From: Candidatus Eiseniibacteriota bacterium
Lineage (GTDB): Bacteria; Eisenbacteria; RBG-16-71-46
Direction: 5' to 3'
NCBI GenBank assembly: GCA_031370785.1
Contig: JANMQY010000132.1
Location: 1 to 25,630, forward strand
DNA length: 25,630 nt
The notes below the pieces were generated by a model, which worked only from the letters and a program-made list of their open reading frames with translations, searched no databases and was not told the DNA's origin. The position numbers were made by a program, and so were the translations under genes. This document shows positions 1 through 9,580 of the stretch, piece after piece. Each line of letters opens with the position of its first letter. Within the stretch, counting starts at the first letter, position 1.

Positions 1-1857
<1,857 letters not shown>

Positions 1858-1864
1858 AACGCCT

Positions 1865-1895
1865 GCGGACGGCGCGCCTTCAGGCGCGCTGCCGC
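1865..1895 (+). terminator. GC-rich hairpin after acnA, possible terminator or stability element
   Basis: gcggacggcgcgcc-ttca-ggcgcgctgccgc, 7 nt after the stop; no U-tract. Confidence 0.4.
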
Positions 1896-1912
1896 GTCGC
1901 GAGGGTGCTCCC

Positions 1913-2656
1913 ATGAGAATTGTACTGGCCGTGTGCCTCTCGATCGGCGTGGTGGCGGCGAGTGCATCCGTCGCACGCGCCGAGGGCATCAATCTGTACT
2001 GGAACGACTGTTCGCCGCTTCGTGGTGGATCGGGCGTGACCGGACTGACCAACGACTGCGCGTCCAATACCGGATCCCTGTCGCTGGTCTCCTCGTTCAT
2101 ACCGCCGCCGGGAGTGACCGCGCTCCAGGCGGTGGAGAGTGAGATCTACGTCACTCTCGCGGCGCCTTCGGTCCCGTCCTGGTGGCAGATGCAGACCGGT
2201 GGCTGTCGCGCGAGTTCGATCTCAGCCGCACTCCAGTTCGTGGGGCGGTCGGCGTGCACAAAGCTATGGACGAGCAACGCGTTGGGATTCGCTCAACTCG
2301 ACCTGAACCCGTTGTGCTGTCCTGACCCAAGGATGGCGCGGATCCGCGCGGTGGCCGCGATGCCACCCGAGGACACGGTGGCCACGAGTCCGAGCCTCGA
2401 ATACTACGCTTTCGAGATTCTCATCAATCACGCGAAATCGATCGGCGTCGGAAGCTGCGAGGGGTGCGCGACCGCGGCCTGCATCGAGCTGAGGTACATA
2501 AGGCTGCATCAGCCAACTGGCCCCATCACCTTTGGAAGCCTCGTACGAGCCGATCAGAACCGGTTCGTAACCTACAACGGCGCGCAAGTCGGTGACTGCG
2601 CCTTCACGCCGGTACGCAATCGGACCTGGGGCGCCGTGAAGTCGATGTATCGGTAG
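1913..2656 (+). CDS. Secreted Cys-rich hypothetical protein with C-terminal TWGxVKxMYR motif
   Basis: SD-like gaggg upstream; Sec signal ending ARA|EG; 10 Cys in the mature part; ends TPVRNRTWGAVKSMYR. Confidence 0.88.
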   Translation: MRIVLAVCLSIGVVAASASVARAEGINLYWNDCSPLRGGSGVTGLTNDCASNTGSLSLVSSFIPPPGVTALQAVESEIYVTLAAPSVPSWWQMQTGGCRASSISAALQFVGRSACTKLWTSNALGFAQLDLNPLCCPDPRMARIRAVAAMPPEDTVATSPSLEYYAFEILINHAKSIGVGSCEGCATAACIELRYIRLHQPTGPITFGSLVRADQNRFVTYNGAQVGDCAFTPVRNRTWGAVKSMYR

Positions 2657-2691
2657 CACGAGTCCCGGCCGGCACCTCGGCTCGCGGATGA

Positions 2692-3189
2692 CCGCGCTCG
2701 GCGCTGGCGCAACCCGGCCTCGCGCTCGCGCGCCTGAACAGCGACCTGATCCATAGCGTCTCGGGTGGTCAGTTCATCACCGCCTTCTACGCCGTGCTCG
2801 ATCCCGCCAGCGGCGAGTTCGAGTACGCGGCGGCGGGGCACAACCCGCCGTTCCTCAAGCGCTCGGATGGCGCGATCGAAATGCTCGCCGATGGGGGAGG
2901 GCCGCCGCTGGGCGTGATCGAGCGCGCACGATTCGGGGTCGCGCGCACGCGTCTCTCGCCTGGCGACACGCTTCTGCTCTACACCGACGGGCTGACCGAG
3001 GCGATGGGGCCCGACGCGGCGATGTTCGGTGAGGCTGGAGTGCGCTCGATCCTCGAAAGCGCGGACGGCATGCCGCCGGATGGACTGGTCGAGCGCTTGA
3101 CTCATGCGGTTCGCGTGCACCGCGGAGCAGCGCCCTTGTCGGACGATCTGACGCTCGTGGTGCTGCAGTCGATGTGTCAGCCGTGCTAG
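2692..3189 (+). pseudogene. N-terminally truncated SpoIIE/RsbU-type PP2C phosphatase domain
   Basis: Frame reads LARLNSDL..GQFITAFYAVLD..AAGHNPP..LGV..LSPGDTLLLYTDGLTEA..FGE..DDLTLVVL. It is bounded upstream by an in-frame TGA at 2689-2691 and lacks the N-terminal GGD and DVSGHG metal-binding motifs. Confidence 0.75.
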
Positions 3190-3236
3190 GCTGCGCAGCC
3201 GTTGCGTTTCCGCCCTACCCGATCCCGGAGGCACGC

Positions 3237-3602
3237 ATGGCCGAGCAGCGCGAACCTTCGTCTCCCGACCGCCGCGAATTCCTCAGGCGCGTCGGCCTTG
3301 CCGGGCTCACTACCGCCGTAGTCACTCCTGCGCTGGCGCTTGCGCAGACCGCGAAGACGGTGTCCGGCATGACCTCACCCGCCCCGCCCGACACTGCGAA
3401 AGCCGCCGCGGCGCCGAAGCCTCCTTCGGAGGACGCAAAGGCGCTGGCCTCGGTGATCCAGCGCCGCTACGGCCAGCATCTCGACGCCGACCAGTTGAAG
3501 AAGGTCACCGAAGACATCGACGGACGCATCGAGGGCGGCAAGCGCCTGCGCGCTTCCAGGCTCGCGAACGGCGACGAACCCGACTTCATCTTCAAACCCT
3601 GA
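3237..3602 (+). CDS. Small Tat-signal protein with GatC/AtzG-like C-terminus, probable amidase partner (121 aa)
   Basis: ggag SD before ATG 3237; DRREFLRR twin-arginine motif, hydrophobic stretch, ALA|Q cleavage site; C-terminus RLRASRLANGDEPDFIFKP; 7 bp before the amidase. Confidence 0.85.
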   Translation: MAEQREPSSPDRREFLRRVGLAGLTTAVVTPALALAQTAKTVSGMTSPAPPDTAKAAAAPKPPSEDAKALASVIQRRYGQHLDADQLKKVTEDIDGRIEGGKRLRASRLANGDEPDFIFKP

Positions 3603-3609
3603 GGCGCGC

Positions 3610-5019
3610 ATGAGCGATCCGGCCGTGCTGTTCCTGCCCGTGCGCGAGCTTGCGGCGCGTATCCGCGCGAAGAAGCTCTCGCCCGTCGAACTCGCTGAAA
3701 CCAGTCTCGACCGCCTGGAGTCGACCGGCCGCCGCCTCAACGCGGTGGTCACGCTGATGCGCGAGTCCGCGCTGAACGAAGCGCATCAGGCCGAACGCGA
3801 CATCGCCGCCGGCCGATATCGCGGACTGCTGCATGGCATTCCATTCGGGGTCAAGGATCTGCTCGCGACCCGCGGCGTTCCCACCACGTGGGGCGCGGCG
3901 CCTTATCGCGACCAGGTGTTCGACTACGACGCGACCGTGGTGCAGCGCCTGCGCATGGCGGGAGCGATCCTGGTCGCCAAGCTCGCCATGGTCGAGCTGG
4001 CGGGCGGCATGGGCTACAACCATGCCGACGCTTCGTTCACGGGGCCCGGGCTCACGCCGTGGAACACCAGGTTCTGGAGCGGCGGATCTTCCAGCGGGCC
4101 GGGTGCGGCAGTGGCCTCGGGCTGCGTCCCGTTCGCGATCGGCTCGGAGACGTCGGGCTCGATCCTCACCCCGTCCGCCTACTGCGGCGTGACCGGGCTG
4201 CGTCCGACGTACGGACGCGTGAGCCGGCATGGCGCGATGGCGCTGTGCTGGACGCTCGACAAGCTCGGCCCGATGGCGCGCAGCGCCGACGATGCGGCGC
4301 TGGTGCTCGCCGCGATCGCGGGGCACGATCCGCTGGACGAGAGCAGCGCGAATCGGAGCTTCACCTATGTCGAACGCGCCGCGCCGCCGCGGGCGAAAAT
4401 GCGCGTCGGCGTGCCCAAGGGCTGCGTCGAGAAGGTGCAGCAGGCGGTGCGCGAGAACTTCGAGAGCGCGCTCGGCGCGCTGGGCGCTTCGGTCACGATC
4501 ACGCGCGACGTCGAGTGGCCGGATCTTCCGTGGGGCCCCGCGGTCGGAGCGATTGTGGGCGCGGAGGGCGCGAGCGCATTCCTCGAGCTCATCGAAGCGG
4601 GACGCGTGAAGGAGCTCAGGTGCCCCTCCGACCGGCACGGCGGCTACGCTTCGACGCTGATCCCCGCGGTGGATTACCTGCAGGCCATGCGCCTGCGCCG
4701 TCCGATGCGTCGCGCGGTCGCGAAGGTCTTCGAGTCGTTCGATGTGATCGCTTCGCCGGGGCGGGCGACGGTGGCCTACCCGGCCGACCGGAATTTCGAG
4801 GACGCCTACCCCGGCGTGAGCGGCGGGCCACCGCTGATTCCCGCGGGGAACCTGTGCGGATTGCCCGCGCTCGCCATGCCCACCGGATTTGGCGAAAACG
4901 GGCTGCCGACTTCGATGGCACTGATGGGGCCGGCGTTCTCCGAGCTCGAGCTGGTCCGGCTCGGGAACGTCTACCAGCAGCGCACCGACTGGCATCTCAG
5001 GAAGCCGCCCGCAGTGTGA
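3610..5019 (+). CDS. Amidase-signature family protein (GatA/AtzE-like)
   Basis: LHGIPFGVKDL (catalytic Lys), SGGSSSGPGAAVA, GSETSGSI (Ser-cisSer-Lys triad), GLRPTYGRVSRHG; no signal peptide. Confidence 0.95.
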   Translation: MSDPAVLFLPVRELAARIRAKKLSPVELAETSLDRLESTGRRLNAVVTLMRESALNEAHQAERDIAAGRYRGLLHGIPFGVKDLLATRGVPTTWGAAPYRDQVFDYDATVVQRLRMAGAILVAKLAMVELAGGMGYNHADASFTGPGLTPWNTRFWSGGSSSGPGAAVASGCVPFAIGSETSGSILTPSAYCGVTGLRPTYGRVSRHGAMALCWTLDKLGPMARSADDAALVLAAIAGHDPLDESSANRSFTYVERAAPPRAKMRVGVPKGCVEKVQQAVRENFESALGALGASVTITRDVEWPDLPWGPAVGAIVGAEGASAFLELIEAGRVKELRCPSDRHGGYASTLIPAVDYLQAMRLRRPMRRAVAKVFESFDVIASPGRATVAYPADRNFEDAYPGVSGGPPLIPAGNLCGLPALAMPTGFGENGLPTSMALMGPAFSELELVRLGNVYQQRTDWHLRKPPAV

Positions 5020-5096
5020 GCACCGAGCGCCGCGATTCGCTTCTCGTCCTCGTTCCGCCGCCACGGCGGGGCGCGCTTCGAACGGAGGTTTCGATC

Positions 5097-5465
5097 ATGC
5101 GGAAGGCAGGGTGGGGGCTGTACCTCGTCATCGCGCTGTGCGCGTCGCTCTCGGCAGGCTGCGGCGACAAGGTGAAGCAGATGCTATCTGCATCCGACAC
5201 GCAGGCTCAGGTGATGGAGTCGATTGCCGCGGACAGCGTGCTGGCCGGCCGGATGATGGACCAGTTGCTCGGAAACGAGAGCGGGCGGGCTTTCGTCGTG
5301 GGCCGGGTGCTGAACGATGGCGCCGCGGCGCAGGACGTCATGCTACGGATCGCGAAGAATACGACCATGATCGATGGCGTGCTCAACCTTGCGGTGCAGG
5401 ACGCGGCCATGAAGGATCATGTGCTGACGCTGCTGAAGGGGATGCAGATGGGAGGAGCGAAGTAG
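5097..5465 (+). CDS. Lipoprotein with six 14-aa helical repeats (122 aa)
   Basis: ggaggt SD at 5084-5089; MRK + hydrophobic core + lipobox LSAG|C; periodic D/N-capped amphipathic units. Confidence 0.85.
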   Translation: MRKAGWGLYLVIALCASLSAGCGDKVKQMLSASDTQAQVMESIAADSVLAGRMMDQLLGNESGRAFVVGRVLNDGAAAQDVMLRIAKNTTMIDGVLNLAVQDAAMKDHVLTLLKGMQMGGAK

Positions 5466-5496
5466 GACCCGCGCTCCCCGCGCTTCGGTCAGCGGC

Positions 5497-5757
5497 TCAG
5501 GCCACCTGCCGGAGCGCGGTCTGCACCTCACGCGTGCTCGCGGTGCGATTCGAGGTGAGCGAGCGCAGCAGCACCATTTTCAGGGCTTCGCGGTTGAGCG
5601 GCAGATTCTCCGCCGCAGCCCTGGCCTCGAGCTGATCGAGCAGCGAGGAGAGCAGTCCGGGCAGTGACTCCGTCTGGCCGCTGTAGTTCGCCCGCATGTA
5701 CTCACCAATCAGCGCGTGCGCGGAATCGCTGGAGGTCTTGAGCTGCGCCAGATTCAC
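5497..5757 (-). CDS. Small hypothetical helical protein (about 86 aa, GTG start uncertain)
   Basis: MNLAQLKTSSDSAHALIGEYMRANY...ALRQVA; strongly G/C-ending codons like neighbouring genes; no clear SD. Confidence 0.55.
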   Translation of the reverse strand: MNLAQLKTSSDSAHALIGEYMRANYSGQTESLPGLLSSLLDQLEARAAAENLPLNREALKMVLLRSLTSNRTASTREVQTALRQVA

Positions 5758-6161
5758 CTTGGCCGCGCCCAGGATCGCGAATCCACCGCGCTTCCGGAAC
5801 CCCGCCCAGCAAAAACTTGCGCTCCGCAACCAGGAGGGGCGCGGAGCGCGAAAGAACCGCCGGGCAGCGGCGGCTACTTGCAAGGTGTCTGGCACGTCCT
5901 CAACCGCAATGGATCACGATCGAGTCGAACTGCCCGGCGTAAATCTGGTGGCGCGACGGCGGGAGCGGAGGGTTTTCTGCCCGATCCACATTCATCGCGT
6001 CAGGGGTGACAAAGGTGCTCCGACTCGCATGAGAATTCAAGCGCTCTTCGAGTGTTCGACCCTGCGCTCGTCCGATTCCCGCTTCGCTGCGGCCGCTTCG
6101 GAAGCATGCCGTTCCGTGAATCAAATGCCGGAAAGGACAATTGATTCACGCCGACCGGTCA

Positions 6162-7271
6162 TCAGGCGTTGACTGGCGGATGCGATTCTTCGGGGATCAC
6201 TTCGAGCCCGAGCTTTGCGAACTCGCGCAGCACGGTGAGTGTGGTGCGCACCCCGATCCGGTCCTCGCTGAGCAGCCGATGCAGGTCATCCACGGCGCCG
6301 ATGGCCTGATCGCCGAGTGCCACCAGAATGTCGCGCTCCTTCACCCCGGCCCGCGCCGCCGGGCTGTCGGCTTCGACCGTGACCACGAGAATGCCACGCG
6401 GAATCGCGAGCTGCAGCGCGTGAGCCACGCGTTTGGGCAGCGGCACGTTCTGCCCTCCCAGCCCGAGGTACGCGCGACGAATGCGCCCGTCGCGGATCAG
6501 AAGCCCGGCGACGTGCCGCGCGGTGTTGGCGGGAATCGCGAAACACAGGTTCTGCGCGGGCAGGATCATCGCGGTATTGACGCCAATCACTTCGCCGCGG
6601 GCGTTTACCAGCGGTCCGCCCGAGTTGCCGGGGTTGAGCGCGGCGTCGGTCTGGATGATGCCGTCCATGAGCCGACCCGACCTCGAGCGGAGCGAGCGGC
6701 CGAGTGCGCTCACCACGCCGGCGGTCACCGTGTATTGGAATCCGTAGGGATTCCCGATCGCGATTACCAGTTGCCCGGGACGCAGCTCGGAAGAATCGCC
6801 GAGCGCGACCGAGGGAAGGCCCTGCGCGCGGACCCGGATCACCGCCAGATCCGTGTCCGGATCGTCGCCCACCAGGTCGGCGCGGAAGCGCTGGCCGTCC
6901 GGCAGCGTGGCGTGAATTCTCTTTGCGCCGCTGACCACGTGGCTGTTGGTCAGGATCAGGCCGTCGGGCGTGAACACGAAGCCCGAGCCGGTGCCACCCC
7001 CCGGACCACGACGAGCGCCTTCCTTGCCCGGCGCGAGCTCGACCTCGATGAATGCGACCGCCGGGCTCACCCGCTCGGCGGCGTGCATGACCGCGCGCGA
7101 ATACGCGTCGTGCAGCGACGCATCGTCACGTTGCGACGCGTGGTCGTGAAGGGACGGGTGGTCGTGAGGCGACGCGGGGTCGAAGTGGGACTCGTCGTGA
7201 GTCGAGGTTTCGGCCTGTGGATACGGCTCGGGCGCGCCGACGCCGACCAGACGAAGCAAGCGGTGACGGAT
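6162..7271 (-). CDS. S1C (HtrA/DegP-like) serine protease with one PDZ domain, no signal peptide; start uncertain (7259/7271/7337)
   Basis: GSGFVFTPDGLILTNSHVV (His), DTDLAVI (Asp), IQTDAALNPGNSGGPL (Ser); PDZ segment SPAARAGVKERDILVAL. Confidence 0.93.
   Translation of the reverse strand: MRHRLLRLVGVGAPEPYPQAETSTHDESHFDPASPHDHPSLHDHASQRDDASLHDAYSRAVMHAAERVSPAVAFIEVELAPGKEGARRGPGGGTGSGFVFTPDGLILTNSHVVSGAKRIHATLPDGQRFRADLVGDDPDTDLAVIRVRAQGLPSVALGDSSELRPGQLVIAIGNPYGFQYTVTAGVVSALGRSLRSRSGRLMDGIIQTDAALNPGNSGGPLVNARGEVIGVNTAMILPAQNLCFAIPANTARHVAGLLIRDGRIRRAYLGLGGQNVPLPKRVAHALQLAIPRGILVVTVEADSPAARAGVKERDILVALGDQAIGAVDDLHRLLSEDRIGVRTTLTVLREFAKLGLEVIPEESHPPVNA
7105..7194 (-). repeat. Five degenerate 18-bp tandem units encoding xSxxDx hexapeptides
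   Basis: Plus-strand units gcgtcgtgcagcgacgca / tcgtcacgttgcgacgcg / tggtcgtgaagggacggg / tggtcgtgaggcgacgcg / gggtcgaagtgggactcg; protein ESHFDP ASPHDH PSLHDH ASQRDD ASLHDA. Confidence 0.7.
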
Positions 7272-7453
7272 GGGTTCCTCCCGGGACAACGGTGCCCGTT
7301 TGGGATCGAAAACCCATTCGATGCGGCAGCCGGCCAATCGGCGCGAATCAGGTCCGGAGCGGTCTCGGGCACAGGGAATGATGGCGTCGGCCGGCCCGCC
7401 GCGGAGGTCGCAGCGACATGCCTCACGATCAGTGGTGCCAGTTTCCGCGGCAT

Positions 7454-7483
7454 TTGCGTCCTTCGCGCGACAGTCGCTAGCAT
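7454..7483 (+). promoter_or_regulatory. Putative sigma70-type promoter for the aconitase-family gene
   Basis: TTGCGT-N18-TAGCAT; ggag SD at 7520-7523. Confidence 0.4.
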
Positions 7484-7532
7484 GTCACTACCTGCAGTCG
7501 ACCCGCACCCGTAGCACCCGGAGCGTCCACGC

Positions 7533-9569
7533 ATGCACCAGATCGAGCCCGCACGTCTCAAGCCGGGCAAGACTCTCGAAACGCTGCCCGGCCCGCGCGC
7601 CGACGACTCGGCGGTCGAGAGCGCGGGGCGAACCATCCGCGGCAAGGCCCTGATCTTCTGGGATCCCAAGGTGCCGGGGAAGAAGCTGGATGCCATCGAC
7701 ACCGACCAGATCACGCCCGCCGCGGACTGCGTTTCCGAGAGCCTGGAGACGCTGGACGAGCGCTGGAAGGCCGGCTCGTTCCGATTCCTCATGCCCGACT
7801 TCCGCGCGCGCGTTCACCGCGGCGAAACATTCCTGGTCGCCGGGGATCGCTTCGCGATCGGCAGCTCACGCGAGATGAGCCCGGCGGGACTGAAGGGTGT
7901 GGCCGAGGAAGCCGGGCTCGAGATGGTCGTGGTATGCGGCAACAACATGGGCGACATCTTCCGCAGGAATGCGTTCAACCTGGGCCTGCACGTGGTGCAG
8001 AGCCCCGAGGCGGTGGCCGACGCGCAGGAAGGGGATGAGTTCGCATTCGATCCCGCGACTCGCCACCTCACCAACCTGACACGAAACCGCTCCTACGACC
8101 CGGTGCCGCTCACCGGCAAGGAGGACGAGATCCGAAGGAGCGGCGGCATCTTCGCGCTCGGCCGTCGTGAATTCCGCAAGAGTGTCGAGACCCGACCCGA
8201 GATCGTCTGGGCAGACCCGGCCACCGCGCGGCGCATGACCACGACCGAGCAGATCGTGTGGGCGCATCGCGTCGACAAGAATGCCGAGGTGCGGCCGGGC
8301 GTGACGCTGCGCGTCTACGCGGACCTGCTGCCGGCCTCGGACGGCACCGCGCCATTTTCGATTCACACCTTCAACCAGATCACCGGCGGAGAGGCGATCT
8401 TTCCGCGCCAGATCGCGATCGCGAACGACCACTTCGTGTTCACCGGCCTCGAGGCCGACGAGCGGCAGACCTCGATCGGGCGCGCGTTCGCGAAGGCGCA
8501 CGGCATCGAGCGGCCCTACTACGCGACGCCGGGCGACGGAATCTTCCACTTCTACTTTCCCGAGCAGGGCCTGGTGATGCCCGGGCAGTTCATCCCCGGC
8601 GCCGACTCGCACAGCCGCGCCTACGGCGCGTACGGCGCGGTCGGGATCGGCGTCGGCTCGACCACGCTCGGGTTCGGCTGGTCGACTGGCCACATCTACT
8701 TCACGGTGCCGAAACAGCGCCGCGTCTTGTTCCGCGGCGAGCTCAAGCCGTGGGTGAGCGGCAAGGACATCGTGCTCGCCCTGCTCAAGCGCTGGGGCGC
8801 CAAGCAGTCGCAGGGCATGTCGGTCGAGTTCGTGGACCACGATCGCCAGCTGCCGATCGCCTACCGCAACACCATCGCAAACATGATGGCCGAGGCCGAG
8901 GCGATGAACGGGATCTTCGCGGCCGACGAAGTGACTGCCGCGTGGTACCAGGCGAAGGGCATGAGCAAGCTGCCCTATCCGCGCATTGCGCCGGGCGCGG
9001 AGGCCGCGTACGAGATCGACGAAGTGCTCGATCTGAGCGACGTGATCCCGATGATCGCCAAGCCATTCAGCCCGGGCAATGCGTTCGCCGCCGACGAAGT
9101 CGCGAGGGAGCACCTGACCTTCGACAAGGCGATGATCGGCTCGTGCACCAATGGCGGCTACGATGACCTGATGCAGGCCGCGCTCGTGATCCATGCCGCG
9201 CGCGCGCTCGGATTCCAGAAGGCGGCGAAGGAGTTCGTGATCTTCCCGGGCTCGGGCGGCGTGCGAAAGCAGATCCGAAATCCGGACGCGCGCCTGAACG
9301 GCGAGAGCATCGCGCAGGTGTTCGAGTCCGCGGGCGGCAAGGTGCGCGAGTCGTGGTGCGGCCCGTGTTTCGGGCAGGGACCGGATGCGCTGACGCGCGG
9401 CCAGCGCGCGATCACCTCGTTCAATCGCAACTGGACGAACCGCATGGGGGTCGGCGGCGAAGGCTATCTCGCGAGCCCGGCGGTGGTCGCTTCCTCGGCG
9501 CTGCTTGGCTACATGGCGCCGCCGAGTGAGCTGGGACTGGTATGGGAAGCGGAGAAGTTCGAGGTCTGA
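7533..9569 (+). CDS. Single-chain aconitase-family hydro-lyase (IPM isomerase/homoaconitase-like), swivel domain first
   Basis: N-terminal LeuD/HacB-like motifs IDTDQITPA, FAIGSSREM, IFRRNAFNLGL. From M235 LeuC/HacA-like: MTTTEQIV, NDH, GIFH, GADSHS, VSGKDIVL, TIANMMAE, IGSCTNG (C538), CGPC (C609/C612), FNRNW..RMG, YLASPAVVA. Confidence 0.92.
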   Translation: MHQIEPARLKPGKTLETLPGPRADDSAVESAGRTIRGKALIFWDPKVPGKKLDAIDTDQITPAADCVSESLETLDERWKAGSFRFLMPDFRARVHRGETFLVAGDRFAIGSSREMSPAGLKGVAEEAGLEMVVVCGNNMGDIFRRNAFNLGLHVVQSPEAVADAQEGDEFAFDPATRHLTNLTRNRSYDPVPLTGKEDEIRRSGGIFALGRREFRKSVETRPEIVWADPATARRMTTTEQIVWAHRVDKNAEVRPGVTLRVYADLLPASDGTAPFSIHTFNQITGGEAIFPRQIAIANDHFVFTGLEADERQTSIGRAFAKAHGIERPYYATPGDGIFHFYFPEQGLVMPGQFIPGADSHSRAYGAYGAVGIGVGSTTLGFGWSTGHIYFTVPKQRRVLFRGELKPWVSGKDIVLALLKRWGAKQSQGMSVEFVDHDRQLPIAYRNTIANMMAEAEAMNGIFAADEVTAAWYQAKGMSKLPYPRIAPGAEAAYEIDEVLDLSDVIPMIAKPFSPGNAFAADEVAREHLTFDKAMIGSCTNGGYDDLMQAALVIHAARALGFQKAAKEFVIFPGSGGVRKQIRNPDARLNGESIAQVFESAGGKVRESWCGPCFGQGPDALTRGQRAITSFNRNWTNRMGVGGEGYLASPAVVASSALLGYMAPPSELGLVWEAEKFEV

Positions 9570-9580
9570 CAGAGGGACGA

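Noticed and set aside
3610..5019. Calling the amidase gatA and the small gene gatC
   Set aside because: No gatB adjacent, GSETSGSIL instead of GSDTGGSIRQP, and the partner has a Tat signal, which does not fit cytoplasmic tRNA transamidation.
3592..5064. 490-aa minus-strand ORF, and the 525-aa plus-strand ORF 3888-5465
   Set aside because: Shadow frames of the GC-rich amidase gene; only 5097-5465 of the plus ORF has an SD, lipobox and protein-like composition.
6141..7514. 457-aa plus-strand ORF
   Set aside because: Antisense to the HtrA-like protease, which has the full catalytic triad.
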